Assembly: GCA_944359365.1 (NCBI GenBank)
Contig: CALVST010000003.1
Location: forward strand, 6,395 to 70,394
DNA from: an uncultured Clostridia bacterium
GTDB taxonomy: Bacteria > Bacillota > Clostridia > Christensenellales > Borkfalkiaceae
Length of the DNA stretch: 64,000 nt
Direction: 5' to 3'
Shown piece after piece: positions 36,482 through 47,742 of this stretch; the first letter of the stretch is position 1, and the number at the start of each line of letters is the position of its first letter. The translations under genes and the position numbers were made by a program. The notes under the pieces are model-generated. The model was given only the letters and a program-made list of their open reading frames with translations, searched no databases and was not told the origin of the DNA.

Positions 36482-36925
36482 TCAGCCACGCCCGAACATA
36501 AAGCAGTCCATTCCGAAACCGTTGAATATCTGCGGCAGCTGCGCGGAATTGCCGAATTGATCGGGCGCGTACGCAACGCGCGTGCATTTGCCGAACCGCT
36601 CTGCAAGCTCGATGCCGAGCATCATATTGCGCACGGTCGCTTCACCGCTCGTCAAGAGAAAGTCGTTCTGCAAATACCACGGTCCTACCGCAATGTTACC
36701 CGAGGCGATATATTTTTTCAGTTCCTCCTCGCGTTCGGGGCGTATCTCCAAATAGTCTTCCAAAACCACCGTCTGCGCGTCGAGATGGAAAATAAAACCG
36801 TCGTCGCGTTCGAGAATGCCGAGCAGATGATCGATCAGGTCTGCCAATTTCAGCCTGAACTGTTCAAAAGGCATGTACCATTCGCGGTCCCAATGCGTGT
36901 GCGATATGACTACATATTTATTCAT
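36482..36925 (-). pseudogene. Truncated GH38 alpha-mannosidase (N-terminal 147 aa only)
   Basis: SD GAGG and ATG 36925. Contains HTHWDREWY, LDAQT, GPWY and PDQFG, then stops at FGRG. Full GH38 enzymes are several times longer. Confidence 0.85.
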
Positions 36926-37002
36926 GATGCTTACCTCTTTTTTCTGTCGTTTACAAGAACAGCCGCGGCTCGATACGGGCCGCGGCTGCCGCATGGTCAA
37001 TG

Positions 37003-38892
37003 TTATGCCGTCGCTTCGCCGAGCGATTCCTCGGCTATTTTGTAATTCATGTCGTTCAGGTTTTTCAGCTCGTAGAATTTGCCCTTCTTCTGCATGAGCT
37101 CTTCGTAAGTGCCGACCTCTACGCACTTGCCCGCGTCCATCACGACGATCCTGTCGGCGTCGCGAATGGTCGAAAGCCTGTGCGCGACGATAAAGGTCGT
37201 TCTGCCCTTTATGAGCCCCGAGATCGCCTTCTGCACCTGATATTCGGATATATTGTCCAAAGCGCTCGTCGCCTCGTCCAGAATAAGCACTTTCGGATCG
37301 CGGATCAGCGCGCGGGCGATGGTGACGCGCTGTTTCTGCCCGCCGCTCAGTTTGCCGCCCTGCTCGCCGACAAAGGTATCCAATCCGTTCGGCAGATCTT
37401 TGACGAATTCGTTCAGGTTCGCCATTTCGGCGGCCCGCTCGACGGCAGCGTTGTCCACCTTCTCTAACCCGTACACGATATTTTCGCGTATGGTGCCCGA
37501 AAACAGGATGCTGTTCTGCGGCACGACGGATATAAAATGGCGGTAATCGGAAAGGGAAAGCTCGGTTATGTCGTTACCGTCGATATACAGCGTGCCCGAA
37601 GTGGGTTTCAAAAAGCCTATGATGAGGTTCATCAGCGTAGACTTGCCGCTGCCCGACGCCCCGACGACGGCGATGCACTCGCCCTTCTTTACGTCGAGGC
37701 AGAAATCTTCGACGACATATGCGGTGCCGTTCGGATATTTATAGCTGACGTGCTCGAAAAGCACATTTCCTTCGACGTTTGCAAGTTTCTTTTTGCCCGC
37801 GCTGTCTTCCACGTCTTTGGAAAGCATGATCTCGGAAAGCGAGCCGATCGCTTCAAACCCGACGGCAAACGTAGGCAAAACGTTTACGATCGTCTGTACC
37901 GCGCCGCTGATGGAGGTGAACATGGACTGATACAGGACGATATCGCCCGGGGATATGACGCCCCTGAGCGCGAACAGCGCGCAGAATACGAGGCAGGCGC
38001 CGTTCAGAAGGTTGGCGACCACCCACAGCGCCGAACCGAAATAAGAATTTGTTTTATCTACGGCAAGCCCCTTCGCGGTGAGTTCGCGTATATTCTTGTC
38101 GCACTCCTCGATCTCTTCGTTTTCAAGACCGTGCGCCTTGGTGACGGGGAGCATGCCGAGCATGTTCGTGAACTTTGCGGAAACCGTTTCGTTTTCCACG
38201 CGGTACTGGTGGTTCTTTTTGCGCATCCTTTTGCTGAATATCTGCGTCAAAAGAATGTTCGCGGGAATGATAACGAGGAAAAATACGGTAACGAGCCTGC
38301 TGTTATAGATAGATATGCCTATCGAAACGAGTGCGACGATGATGTTTGGTATCAACACTTTGAGCATGTTTGTGTTCAAAGCGTCCACGCTCTCGATATC
38401 CTTCAAAAATTTGCTCTGCAGTTTGCCCGTTTCGATCTCTTTATGATATGTAATGGAAAGATGCTGCAGCTTGCGTATCACCGTGCCGCGCATCCCCGCG
38501 CCCGTGCGCCGCAGCATCTTGTCGGTGATGCGCGAATAGATGACGTGCGTCGGTATGTTTTGCAGAAGCACCACGACGAGCACGACGGAATTGATGATGA
38601 GCGAGCGGACGGTATCGCCGTTCATCTCGCCGCCGGCAAGGTCGATGATGTTCGAAGTGATGATGGGCATTACCCATACGGGCAGGTTTTTGAGCACGAA
38701 CATAAAAATGCTCAGCAGAAAACCGCCCTTGTTCTTTTGCAAGAGCCGCCTGTAATACAAAAAGCCGGTGCCCCGCTTTTTACGTTTGCCGTGAGATGGC
38801 GGCGGCTCGTCGTCGAACAGATGCTCGAAATCGGGGATCACATTGTCGCTGCGCTTATACTTCTTTGCTTCGGGACCGTTTGCAGTGTTCAT
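37003..38892 (-). CDS. ABC exporter, fused permease and ATP-binding domains
   Basis: TM domain plus GASGSGKST, LSGGQKQR, LILDEATSALD and AHRLSTI. Confidence 0.92.
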   Translation of the reverse strand: MNTANGPEAKKYKRSDNVIPDFEHLFDDEPPPSHGKRKKRGTGFLYYRRLLQKNKGGFLLSIFMFVLKNLPVWVMPIITSNIIDLAGGEMNGDTVRSLIINSVVLVVVLLQNIPTHVIYSRITDKMLRRTGAGMRGTVIRKLQHLSITYHKEIETGKLQSKFLKDIESVDALNTNMLKVLIPNIIVALVSIGISIYNSRLVTVFFLVIIPANILLTQIFSKRMRKKNHQYRVENETVSAKFTNMLGMLPVTKAHGLENEEIEECDKNIRELTAKGLAVDKTNSYFGSALWVVANLLNGACLVFCALFALRGVISPGDIVLYQSMFTSISGAVQTIVNVLPTFAVGFEAIGSLSEIMLSKDVEDSAGKKKLANVEGNVLFEHVSYKYPNGTAYVVEDFCLDVKKGECIAVVGASGSGKSTLMNLIIGFLKPTSGTLYIDGNDITELSLSDYRHFISVVPQNSILFSGTIRENIVYGLEKVDNAAVERAAEMANLNEFVKDLPNGLDTFVGEQGGKLSGGQKQRVTIARALIRDPKVLILDEATSALDNISEYQVQKAISGLIKGRTTFIVAHRLSTIRDADRIVVMDAGKCVEVGTYEELMQKKGKFYELKNLNDMNYKIAEESLGEATA

Positions 38893-39096
38893 ACTCTCTC
38901 CCTGCGCCGCAAGCGGCGCCGACACTGTTCCTTTTTTCAAAGAACGGGTTAACGTTCTCTGAGGCGCCTTTATTCTATCATCTGAAATAAGAAAATGCAA
39001 CCCTTTTTAACAAAATTTTTTCTGTTTTTTTTCGGGCTTGAAACATAAAAAACGCCCGCGGCAAGGCGGGCGCAGTTATGCGGAATTATCCCACGG

Positions 39097-39789
39097 TCAC
39101 GACTGCGTTTCGTGCTTTTCGGCGGCGGTGCCCGTATAAAGAGAAAATTCGCGGTCGAGGTCGAAATCGTCTGCGCTGTCGAACGCGGCGAGCTTGGATA
39201 TGGATACCTCGTATGCGACCATGGTCTTCACTTCGTAATCGGACAGTTTTTTCTGATACTCCCTGCTTTGAATGCGGCCGGAAAGCGCGATCTTGTCGCC
39301 CACCTGCAAATTCTTTACGAAACGGGCGTTCCTGCCCCACGCGATGCAGGGAATGTAGTCCGACTTATTGTATGCGCGGTTTACTGCAACGAGAAGGTCG
39401 GCGATCTCGCGGTTGAACGGCGTGGTGCGGTACACGGGCGGTTTGCAAATGTAACCGCTCAAAACGATGCTGTTCGGGTTCTTTGCGGGCGGCATTTCGG
39501 CAAGTTCGCGCACGAACACGGTGAGCATCAGCCGCGATCTGCCGTTTTCTATTTTGTTGTATGAGCGGAACTGCCCGAACGCGCAAAGCGTTTTGCCCAC
39601 TTTCAGATCGCCGTCCGCGATCAGCCGCTCCGACACGGTAACGGGCAGTATGTCTGCCTGCCCCGAAAGGCGCATCACCTTCACGCTCAGCTCGTAAAAG
39701 CCCTCGCCGTACACCTCGTGAGAAAAGCTCGCCTCGCTCACGATCTCGCCCATGATGAACACTTTGTTGTTCTTCTCGGTGCTGTTCAT
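39097..39789 (-). CDS. Tandem OB-fold single-stranded DNA-binding-like protein
   Basis: Two SSB-like halves: NKVFIMG...GQFRSY and NSIVLSG...DYIPCIAWGRNA...GRIQSREY. Confidence 0.85.
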   Translation of the reverse strand: MNSTEKNNKVFIMGEIVSEASFSHEVYGEGFYELSVKVMRLSGQADILPVTVSERLIADGDLKVGKTLCAFGQFRSYNKIENGRSRLMLTVFVRELAEMPPAKNPNSIVLSGYICKPPVYRTTPFNREIADLLVAVNRAYNKSDYIPCIAWGRNARFVKNLQVGDKIALSGRIQSREYQKKLSDYEVKTMVAYEVSISKLAAFDSADDFDLDREFSLYTGTAAEKHETQS

Positions 39790-39826
39790 AAAAATATCCT
39801 CCACAATGTATTTCCGAAATATGCCG

Positions 39827-40594
39827 CTAAGCCGCGGCGTGCTGCCTGCCGTTTACATCTATCGTGTAGTTTTCCTTATAGATCAACTCGCCGACGGGCA
39901 CAAATTCGTACCCCTTGTTTTTGAGCGTATCCAGAATGACCGGAAGCGCCTCAGCCGTATGCAGCCCGTTGTTGTGGCAAAGGATGATGCTTCCGTTTTG
40001 CACGCGGTTTATGACGCGCATGGCTATATCGTTCGCGGAAAGGTCTTTCCAATCCAAACTGTCCACATCCCACTGAATGCTGTACAGCCCCATGCTCTTC
40101 GCCGTATCGATGAGAAGGTCGTCGTAGTCGCCGTAAGGCGGGCGGAACAGTTGGGTTTTTTTGCCCGTCACCTCCTCTATCGCCTGCGAAGAGGAAGTAA
40201 GTTCCTGCCGTATCTCCTCCTCGCTCAGTTTAGACATGTACGAGTGCGTGGCGCTGTGCGTGCCGATCTCGTGCCCCTTTTCATCGATCTTTTTGACGTA
40301 TTCGGGATATTTCTCCGTCCAGAATTCGACCATAAAGAAGGTCGCGCGGACGTTTTCGCGTTCCAACACGTCGAGCAGTTCGTCGGTATATTCGGTACCC
40401 CACGCGCAGTCGAACGAAATGGAAATTTTCTTTTCCTGCGTTTCCACCGAATAGACGGGCAGGCTGCGCACGGTACCGCCCGTAAAAACGGCGTAAGCGC
40501 CCGTTGCCGCCAAAAGCACGGCGAGGATGACCGTAACAGCCGCCGCGGCAAGGAAAAACGCAGCCGCCCGTTTTTTGAGAATGAAGACCTTCAT
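39827..40594 (-). CDS. pdaB: Polysaccharide deacetylase, PdaB-like sporulation protein
   Basis: N-terminal TM, SFDCAWG, HSATH, FRPPYG, DSLDW and ILCHN (NodB/CE4 motifs). Confidence 0.8.
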   Translation of the reverse strand: MKVFILKKRAAAFFLAAAAVTVILAVLLAATGAYAVFTGGTVRSLPVYSVETQEKKISISFDCAWGTEYTDELLDVLERENVRATFFMVEFWTEKYPEYVKKIDEKGHEIGTHSATHSYMSKLSEEEIRQELTSSSQAIEEVTGKKTQLFRPPYGDYDDLLIDTAKSMGLYSIQWDVDSLDWKDLSANDIAMRVINRVQNGSIILCHNNGLHTAEALPVILDTLKNKGYEFVPVGELIYKENYTIDVNGRQHAAA

Positions 40595-40878
40595 TTCCGC
40601 CTCATATTTTACAAAAAACACGCCGTCGGAATTTATATACTTATGACGAAAAAGCGCGTCGTTTGTAAAAACCGTTTATTTCATATTCTATAATTTATTT
40701 ATATTTCGCGCCCTGCCGCGGTATGCCGCAAAGAGAAAAAATTTCTGCGAAATACAAAGCGCCGCGCCTTCCGTTTATCGGTCGGCGCGGCAAGAATTTT
40801 TCTCTGAAGTATTTGCGTATTTAAAATGAAAACCCCGCGCCTGTTACGGCGCGGGGCGACACGAAAAGAATTCAAAAC

Positions 40879-43353
40879 TTACTTTTCCGCCAAATATTTC
40901 ATTGAGATGAAGTTTACCGCCTTACATCCCTTTTTCAGCTTGATGTTCTTGCCCTTTGTTTTGCGGTCTTCGATGGTGATATCCTCCTCGGTATCCGCCA
41001 TGATGAGCGAACCGTCGTCCATCGTTACGGCAATTTTATAAGGCACGGTCACATAGTCGGCATACATAACTTTCCTGCCCTTTCCGAGGTCGACGATCTT
41101 CACGCCCTGGCGGTAACGCGCCATCGGATCGACCTGCGAGGCGATAACTTTTTTGTAGGTATTGCCGTCCGTCGCCACGATGATCTCGCCTTCTCCGTCG
41201 ATCTGCCCGGCAAAAACAACCTTGTCGCCTTCCGCGAGCTTAATGCCGCGCACACCGGCAGACACCCTGCCCTGCGTCGGAATGTCGTTCTTGTATGCGT
41301 TCAGGCACATGCCCTGTTCGGTGACGAAAAACAGCGTGACCGTGGGATCGGGATCGTCCGTTTCCATGCCGATGAGCTCGTCGCCCTCGTTGACCTTGCA
41401 AGCCTGAAAGGCGTATTTGAGGATGTTGTACTCCTTCCAGTCGCTCTTTTTGACGTAGCCGAGGCGGGAATAGAACAGCAGGCTCCCCTTGGGCAGTTTT
41501 TCGCCGACCTCGTAAAAGGCGATGGGCTTTTCCCCTTCCAACGCGTCGGGGCAGAGCGCCTTGTACGCCGTTCCGCTGTCTTTCAGCTTGCCCACTACGA
41601 CGTCTTCAAAGTCTATTTTGTAGCAATTGCCGAAGTTCGTGAAGGAATATACGATCTTGTCCGTACTCGTCTTTAATTGCAGTTTGAACACGTCGGCAAG
41701 CGTCGCACGCTCTCCGAGCGTTTTGTCCGACATATTGAAATTCTTTTCCGCAACGACTTTTACGGTATCCGCCGCCGTATACAGGAGCACGCATTTTTCG
41801 ACGGGGCGCGCGTCGTCGAATTTTTCGACCTTTATGTCGGAAGCGTCTAAAACGAGGGCGCTCCTTCTCTCGCTCTTGTACTGTTTTTTCAGCTCTTTGA
41901 GTTCGTCCTTTACGACCTCCATCTGCAATTTTTTGCTCTCTACGATGGCGGTGAGGCGGGCGATGAGCTTTTTCAGCTCTTCGAGCTCCTGTTCGAGCTT
42001 ATAAATTTCAAGTTTGGTCAGGCGGGCGAGCCTGAGATCGAGTATCGCCTGTGCCTGCCGTTCGGAAAGCGAAAACCGCTCGCGCAGGCGCTGGCGCGCC
42101 GCGGGCACGCTCTCGCTCGTCTTGATGATCTGAATGACCTCGTCGATGTTGCGCACCGCGATGATCAGGCCTTCCAAAATATGGCACCGCTCCTTCGCCT
42201 GATTGAGGTCGAATTTCGTGCGCCGCAGAACCACCTCGCGCTGATAAACGACGTAGTACTTTATAATTTCCAAAAGCCCCATCTGCTGCGGTTTTCCGTC
42301 TGCGATGGCGACCATATTGATGCCGAACGAGCATTCGAGGTCGGTATATTTATAGAGCGCGTTGAGTATTTTGTCCGCATCGGCGTCCTTTTTGACCTTG
42401 ACGACCGCGCGCATACCGCCTCTGTCGGACTCGTCGGTGATGTCCGCTATGCCGCCGAGCAGGTCTTTTTTCTCTTCGCGCAGCTCCGCGATCTTTGCGA
42501 GCAGTTTCGCCTTGTTGACCTGATAGGGAAGCTCGGTGATGACGATGAGCCGCTTGTCGTTATCCCCTTCCTCGATGTTCACCTTCGCGCGCATGGTGAT
42601 TTTGCCGCGCCCCGTTTCGTAAGCCTGCACGAGTTCGTTCGCGATGATGTATCCGCCCGTGGGGAAGTCGGGCGCTTTGATATACCTCATCATATCGAAA
42701 AGGCGTATCTTCGGGTTGTCGATATAAGCGACTACGCCGTCTATGACTTCGCCGAGGTTATGCGGCGGAATGTTGGTGGCAAGACCTACCGCTATGCCCG
42801 ACGCGCCGTTTACGAGAAGGTTGGGAAACCGCCCCGGGAGCGTTTCCGGCTCCTTTAAGCTGTCGTCGAAGTTGAGGGTGAAGCGCACCGTGTCCTTTTC
42901 GATGTCGCGCAGCAGTTCGAGCGCGAGCGGTTCGAGGCGCGCCTCGGTATAACGCATCGCCGCGGCGGGATCGCCGTCTACCGAACCGAAGTTGCCGTGC
43001 CCGTTTACGAGCGTCATGCGCATATTGAAGTCCTGCGCCATTCTGACCATCGCATCGTACACGGAAGAGTCACCGTGCGGATGGTATTTACCCATGCAGT
43101 CGCCCACGATGCGCGCGCACTTTTTGTGCGGCTTGTCGGGGGTAAGCCCCATGTCGTACATGGTATACAGAATGCGGCGCTGTACGGGTTTCAGCCCGTC
43201 CTCCACGCGGGGGAGCGCCCTGTCGAGAATGACGTACTCTGCATACGGGAGCATGGAGCCGGGCAGCACCTCTTCGAGCGGAGTAAGAAAGACCTGCCCC
43301 TTTTGCTCTGCGGGAACGGGAAGTTCTTCTTTTTTATCCTTACGCTTTGCCAA
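40879..43353 (-). CDS. parC: Type IIA topoisomerase subunit A, topoisomerase IV (ParC)-like
   Basis: [21 protein letters not shown] and active-site AAMRYTE. No GyrA-box (QxRGGKG) is visible at the start of the C-terminal domain, and the gene is not in dnaA-recF context. Confidence 0.75.
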   Translation of the reverse strand: MAKRKDKKEELPVPAEQKGQVFLTPLEEVLPGSMLPYAEYVILDRALPRVEDGLKPVQRRILYTMYDMGLTPDKPHKKCARIVGDCMGKYHPHGDSSVYDAMVRMAQDFNMRMTLVNGHGNFGSVDGDPAAAMRYTEARLEPLALELLRDIEKDTVRFTLNFDDSLKEPETLPGRFPNLLVNGASGIAVGLATNIPPHNLGEVIDGVVAYIDNPKIRLFDMMRYIKAPDFPTGGYIIANELVQAYETGRGKITMRAKVNIEEGDNDKRLIVITELPYQVNKAKLLAKIAELREEKKDLLGGIADITDESDRGGMRAVVKVKKDADADKILNALYKYTDLECSFGINMVAIADGKPQQMGLLEIIKYYVVYQREVVLRRTKFDLNQAKERCHILEGLIIAVRNIDEVIQIIKTSESVPAARQRLRERFSLSERQAQAILDLRLARLTKLEIYKLEQELEELKKLIARLTAIVESKKLQMEVVKDELKELKKQYKSERRSALVLDASDIKVEKFDDARPVEKCVLLYTAADTVKVVAEKNFNMSDKTLGERATLADVFKLQLKTSTDKIVYSFTNFGNCYKIDFEDVVVGKLKDSGTAYKALCPDALEGEKPIAFYEVGEKLPKGSLLFYSRLGYVKKSDWKEYNILKYAFQACKVNEGDELIGMETDDPDPTVTLFFVTEQGMCLNAYKNDIPTQGRVSAGVRGIKLAEGDKVVFAGQIDGEGEIIVATDGNTYKKVIASQVDPMARYRQGVKIVDLGKGRKVMYADYVTVPYKIAVTMDDGSLIMADTEEDITIEDRKTKGKNIKLKKGCKAVNFISMKYLAEK

Positions 43354-43368
43354 AATTTTTTCCTCCCG

Positions 43369-45336
43369 TTAAATGTTTACCCTGTCTATAAAGGTGTCTA
43401 CCTTGTTGAAGTTCGCGTTGCGCGCCAAAAATTCCTTGCGCGCTTCCACCCTGTCGCCCATGAGCGCGGTGACCATCTGTTCCGCCTCGGCGGCGTCCTC
43501 TATGCTGACCTGTATCAGATTGCGGCGGGAAGGATCCATCGTCGTTTCCCAAAGCTGCTCGGCGCTCATCTCGCCCAGGCCCTTATACCGCTGTATCTGG
43601 TACCCCTTACCGACGATCTCGATCTTCTTTTGCAGTTCCTCGTCGTCGTAAGCGTACTCGGTGATATCCTTTTTATACACTTTATAGAGCGGCGGCATGC
43701 CGATGTACACGTTGCCGTTGTTGATAAGTTCGCGCATATAACGGAAGAAGAAGGTCAGAAGGATGCAGCGGATATGCATACCGTCCTGGTCCGCATCCGA
43801 CAAAATGATGACCTTATGATATTTGAGCTCTTCCATATCGAAATCGGAGCCGTACCCCGCGCCGAGCGCGGAAATGATCGTGCGGATCTCTTCGTTTGCA
43901 AGGACTTGGTCTATGCGCTTTTTTTCCACGTTCAGCGGCTTGCCGCGAAGGGGCAGGATCGCCTGCGTCTGGCGGATGCGCGCCTGTTTTGCCGTACCGC
44001 CCGCGGAATCCCCTTCCACGATGAACAGCTCGTTCAGCTCGGGTTTTTTGCCCGTGCAGGAGGCGAGTTTTCCGACGAGAGTCAAATTTTCGATGGAGTT
44101 TTTCGCGCGGGCGACTTCCTTAGCCTGCCGCGCCGCGATGCGCACCCGCGCCGCTGCCTGCGCTTTCTTTACAATTTCGTCGAAGGTGTCTTTTTTCGTC
44201 TTATCCTTGAACAGCTCGTTCATGCCCTCGATGGTCGCCGTTTCCACGGGCTGGCGCGCTTCGGGATTGCCGAGCTTGGTCTTGGTCTGCCCCTCGAACT
44301 GCACGTTCTTCATCTTGATGGACAAGATCGCCGTAAGCCCTTCGCGGAAGTCGTCGCCCATGAGGTTCGCGTCCTTTTCTTTGAGGGCGCCCGTTGCGCG
44401 GGCGATGTCGTTCAGGCACTTGGTAAGCCCCGAACGGAAACCCGTTTCGTGAAATCCCCCTTCGGGCGTTGGGATGTTGTTGACGAAGGAAAACAGGCTC
44501 TCTGTAAAATCGGTCGTGTGCTGAATGACGAATTCGATGAGTATGCCGTCCTTTTCCGTCTTGTATTCGAGCGGATCGTCATAAAGCGCCGTCTTGCCTT
44601 CGTTCAGATAGACGGCGAAATCTTTGAGTCCGCCGTCGTATTTATAATTGACGGCGATGGGCTTTTTATCCTCGGGAACGCGCTCGTCCACAAGGTTGAT
44701 CTCCAACCCTTTATTGAGGAATGCCAGCTCTTTGAGGCGTTTGGATACGACGTCGAAGTTGAAATTGACCGTGTCGAACACTTCCGCATCCGGTTTGAAG
44801 CGGATGAACGAACCCGTTTTATCCGTCTTTTCGCCCGTGTTGACGAGGTGCTCGTTCGGCACGCCCGACATATATTTTTCCTTCTTTTTGTCATAATAAG
44901 AGTGAAAGGACATGCGGTACACCGTGCCCCTGTACACTTCGACTTTCAGCCACTCGGAAAGGGCGTTGGTGACCGATGCGCCCACGCCGTGCAGACCGCC
45001 CGAAAAGGAGTAGTTGTGCTCGTCGAACTTGCCGCCCGCGTGCAGCTGCGTAAACACCACTTCCACGCCCGAAACGCCCGTTTTGGGGTGGATATCGGTG
45101 GGAATGCCGCGGCCGTTGTCCTCTACCGACGCGCTCCCGTCTTTATAGAGCCTTACTTCGATGCGGTTTGCGAAGCCGTTCGCTGCCTCATCTATCGCGT
45201 TGTCTACGATCTCCCAAAGGATATGGTGGAGCCCCTTTGCACCCGTCGAGCCGATATACATACCCGGGCGCAGGCGCACCGCGTCCAAGCCTTCGAGTAT
45301 CTTGATATCTTCCGCACTGTATTTCTGATTTGCCAT
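43369..45336 (-). CDS. parE: Type IIA topoisomerase subunit B, topoisomerase IV (ParE)-like
   Basis: Start at MANQKY. Contains EIVDNAIDE, GGLHGVG, VEGDSAGG, PLRGK, DADQDG and RYKGLGEM. Confidence 0.75.
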   Translation of the reverse strand: MANQKYSAEDIKILEGLDAVRLRPGMYIGSTGAKGLHHILWEIVDNAIDEAANGFANRIEVRLYKDGSASVEDNGRGIPTDIHPKTGVSGVEVVFTQLHAGGKFDEHNYSFSGGLHGVGASVTNALSEWLKVEVYRGTVYRMSFHSYYDKKKEKYMSGVPNEHLVNTGEKTDKTGSFIRFKPDAEVFDTVNFNFDVVSKRLKELAFLNKGLEINLVDERVPEDKKPIAVNYKYDGGLKDFAVYLNEGKTALYDDPLEYKTEKDGILIEFVIQHTTDFTESLFSFVNNIPTPEGGFHETGFRSGLTKCLNDIARATGALKEKDANLMGDDFREGLTAILSIKMKNVQFEGQTKTKLGNPEARQPVETATIEGMNELFKDKTKKDTFDEIVKKAQAAARVRIAARQAKEVARAKNSIENLTLVGKLASCTGKKPELNELFIVEGDSAGGTAKQARIRQTQAILPLRGKPLNVEKKRIDQVLANEEIRTIISALGAGYGSDFDMEELKYHKVIILSDADQDGMHIRCILLTFFFRYMRELINNGNVYIGMPPLYKVYKKDITEYAYDDEELQKKIEIVGKGYQIQRYKGLGEMSAEQLWETTMDPSRRNLIQVSIEDAAEAEQMVTALMGDRVEARKEFLARNANFNKVDTFIDRVNI

Positions 45337-45532
45337 TCCGTCCTCCGCGCTTTCGTTGAAAAGGGCGCACGAACCGCCCCTATTATATCCTTTATTATAC
45401 CATATCTTGCGCTTTTTTTCAAATGAAATCGTCAAAAAAACACAATTTTTGCAAAGTTGTGCCGCGCGGCGTTGCAACGCCGCGCGGCACACTTTTATTC
45501 TAAAACGCTTGCCTTGGAACAAGACGCTCCCA

Positions 45533-46429
45533 TTATTTTTTCCTTACGGGGATCCGCTTTACGAACTCGGCGATCGCCGAAAGCCCCTCTTCGCGGTGCT
45601 CCGCTTCATTTAAAAATTCGTGGCGCGCCCCTTCGATGAGATGTACGGTTACATCGCGCACGCCGACCTCTTTATAGTATTTTGCCAGCCTCTCCACGCC
45701 CTTTCCCATATCTCCTACGGGATCGTCCTTTCCCGAAATAAGCAAAATGGGAAGATCTGCGGGCGCTTGGTCGCCCTTTTTATACAGTCCCGAAAGCCCC
45801 TTGAAAAAGGATGCGAAAAAATTGTTGCTGCAAACAAACTCGCAGTACGGATCGGCATGGTAGCGCTCGTTGTTTTCCGCGTCCGTGCTCAGCCATTCGC
45901 CGTCCTCGAATTTTTTGGAATAGCCGCCGAACACCGTCTTATTGACGAAGTTTGCGGGGGCGTCCTTTCCCTTGACGGCGCCGCCGAGCCTGGCAAGCGC
46001 TTTGCCCGCGCACACCGCCGCGGCGTTTTGCCTAGAACTTCCCGCAATGACCGCGCCGTCCAAAAAACGGGCGTATTTTCGCACGAACGCCTGCGTCAGA
46101 AAGGAACCGTATGAAAAGCCGAACAGCACATATTTTAGCCCCGCGTACTTTTCGCGGTAAAATTTTGCGATGCCCGCCATGTCCTTTATCGTATCGGCAA
46201 ACATATCCCCTTCGGCATAACCGAGGGTGTCCCCGTCCGTTTCTCCGTGGCCGCGATGATCGTCGCCCACGACGATATAGCCGAGCTTATTGAAATAAGC
46301 GGCAAATTTTTCGTACCGCCCCGTATATTCGTTCATGCCGTGCGCGAGCTGTATGACGCCGACGGGATCTTCCGCCTTTGTCCATTCGCGCACATAGATC
46401 TGCTTTTTGTCATAAGAAGTAAAGAGCAT
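45533..46429 (-). CDS. Alpha/beta hydrolase, lysophospholipase-like
   Basis: HGMNEY, DHRGHG, nucleophile GFSYG, DDPV and RHE. Confidence 0.88.
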   Translation of the reverse strand: MLFTSYDKKQIYVREWTKAEDPVGVIQLAHGMNEYTGRYEKFAAYFNKLGYIVVGDDHRGHGETDGDTLGYAEGDMFADTIKDMAGIAKFYREKYAGLKYVLFGFSYGSFLTQAFVRKYARFLDGAVIAGSSRQNAAAVCAGKALARLGGAVKGKDAPANFVNKTVFGGYSKKFEDGEWLSTDAENNERYHADPYCEFVCSNNFFASFFKGLSGLYKKGDQAPADLPILLISGKDDPVGDMGKGVERLAKYYKEVGVRDVTVHLIEGARHEFLNEAEHREEGLSAIAEFVKRIPVRKK

Positions 46430-46589
46430 TCTTCTCCTCCCGTTTTTAATGACACCATTTTACCCTATTTTTTTCTTTTTGTAAAGAACTTTGCAAATAA
46501 TTTTCCGCGGAAAGTCCGGCATTTATAATTATTCGGGCGGCAAAGAAATATACTAATGAAAAAGGCACTACGCAAAAAAGGGGGCAACC

Positions 46590-47630
46590 ATGAAACATCT
46601 TGTGCTTACGGGCGGAGGCAGTGCAGGGCACGCGGTGCCGAACGCCGCGCTCATTCCCGCGCTTTCGGAAAGATACGAGCTTTCGTATATCGGCACCGAC
46701 GGGATAGAAAAGCGCATCATCGCGCCGTATAAAATTCCTTACTGCACCATAAAATGCGCCAAATTCGTGCGCGGGCTCTCTCTTTCGAACCTATCCATCC
46801 CCTTCCGCTTTTACAAAAGCGTCAAAGAGGCGGAGCGCGGCCTGAAAGCGCTCAAAGCGGACGGCGTGTTTTCAAAGGGCGGCTATGTGGCGCTGCCCGT
46901 CGTGTTTGCGGCAAAAAAGTTGGGATTGCCCGTGCTTTCGCACGAGAGCGACCTTTCTCCGGGGCTTGCGAACAAGATCATCGCAAAAAAGTGCCGCGCG
47001 GTGCTCACGAGTTTTCCCGAAACGGCAAAACGGCTGAAAAACGGGAAATATACGGGCGCGCCCATGCGGCAGGCGCTGTTCGGCGCAGACAAAGCCGACG
47101 CGCTCGCCAAATACGGCTTTTCGGGGCAAAAACCCGTTCTGTTGGTCCTCGGCGGCGGAAGCGGCAGCAAAACGGTCAACGAGGCGCTGCGGGCGAACCT
47201 GTTCGCGCTGACGGAAAAATTCGACGTTTTACACCTTTGCGGCAGGGGCAACGCCGTACAGAGCAACGTGCGCGGCTATGTTCAGCGCGAATACGAAGAA
47301 GATATGCCCTCCGCTTACGCCGCGGCGGATATCGCGCTCTCGCGCGCGGGGGCGGGCGCCGCGTTCGAGCTGATCGCGCTCAAAAAGCCGACGCTGTTCG
47401 TTCCGCTCGAAAATAAAAGGACGCGGGGCGATCAGGCGGAAAACGCCGCTTATTTTGAAGCGCGAGGGCTTGCGAAGGTGCTCCGTGAAAAGGATCTGAC
47501 GCCCGCATCCCTGCAAGGCGCCCTCTTTTCCCTTGCGGAAGACGAGGCGCTGAAAAAAGCGCTCGGCGAAAGCGATATAACGAGCGGCAACGCCGCCATC
47601 CTCGCAGAGATCGAAAAAATGCTGCCCTGA
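46590..47630 (+). CDS. murG: MurG glycosyltransferase (stand-alone copy outside the dcw cluster)
   Basis: TGGGSAGH, KGGYV, HESD, GGGSGS, SRAGA and DQAENA. Confidence 0.9.
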   Translation: MKHLVLTGGGSAGHAVPNAALIPALSERYELSYIGTDGIEKRIIAPYKIPYCTIKCAKFVRGLSLSNLSIPFRFYKSVKEAERGLKALKADGVFSKGGYVALPVVFAAKKLGLPVLSHESDLSPGLANKIIAKKCRAVLTSFPETAKRLKNGKYTGAPMRQALFGADKADALAKYGFSGQKPVLLVLGGGSGSKTVNEALRANLFALTEKFDVLHLCGRGNAVQSNVRGYVQREYEEDMPSAYAAADIALSRAGAGAAFELIALKKPTLFVPLENKRTRGDQAENAAYFEARGLAKVLREKDLTPASLQGALFSLAEDEALKKALGESDITSGNAAILAEIEKMLP

Positions 47631-47694
47631 ACATTTTTTAAGAGCGCGCCGAACAAATCCGCGCAACGCTCTTAAACACAGCTGTTTTTACGGC

Positions 47695-47735
47695 AAAAGC
47701 CCCGCGCACGCGTTTTGCGTGCGCGGGGCTTTTTT
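47695..47735. terminator. Bidirectional terminator
   Basis: aaaagccccgcgcacgc-gtttt-gcgtgcgcggggctttt. Confidence 0.85.
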
Positions 47736-47742
47736 CATGCAA

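Noticed and set aside
40879-45336. Calling the topoisomerase pair gyrA/gyrB, or reading quinolone-resistance mutations
   Set aside because: No GyrA-box is visible and the context is not the origin region. The QRDR reads wild-type-like (GDSSVYD).
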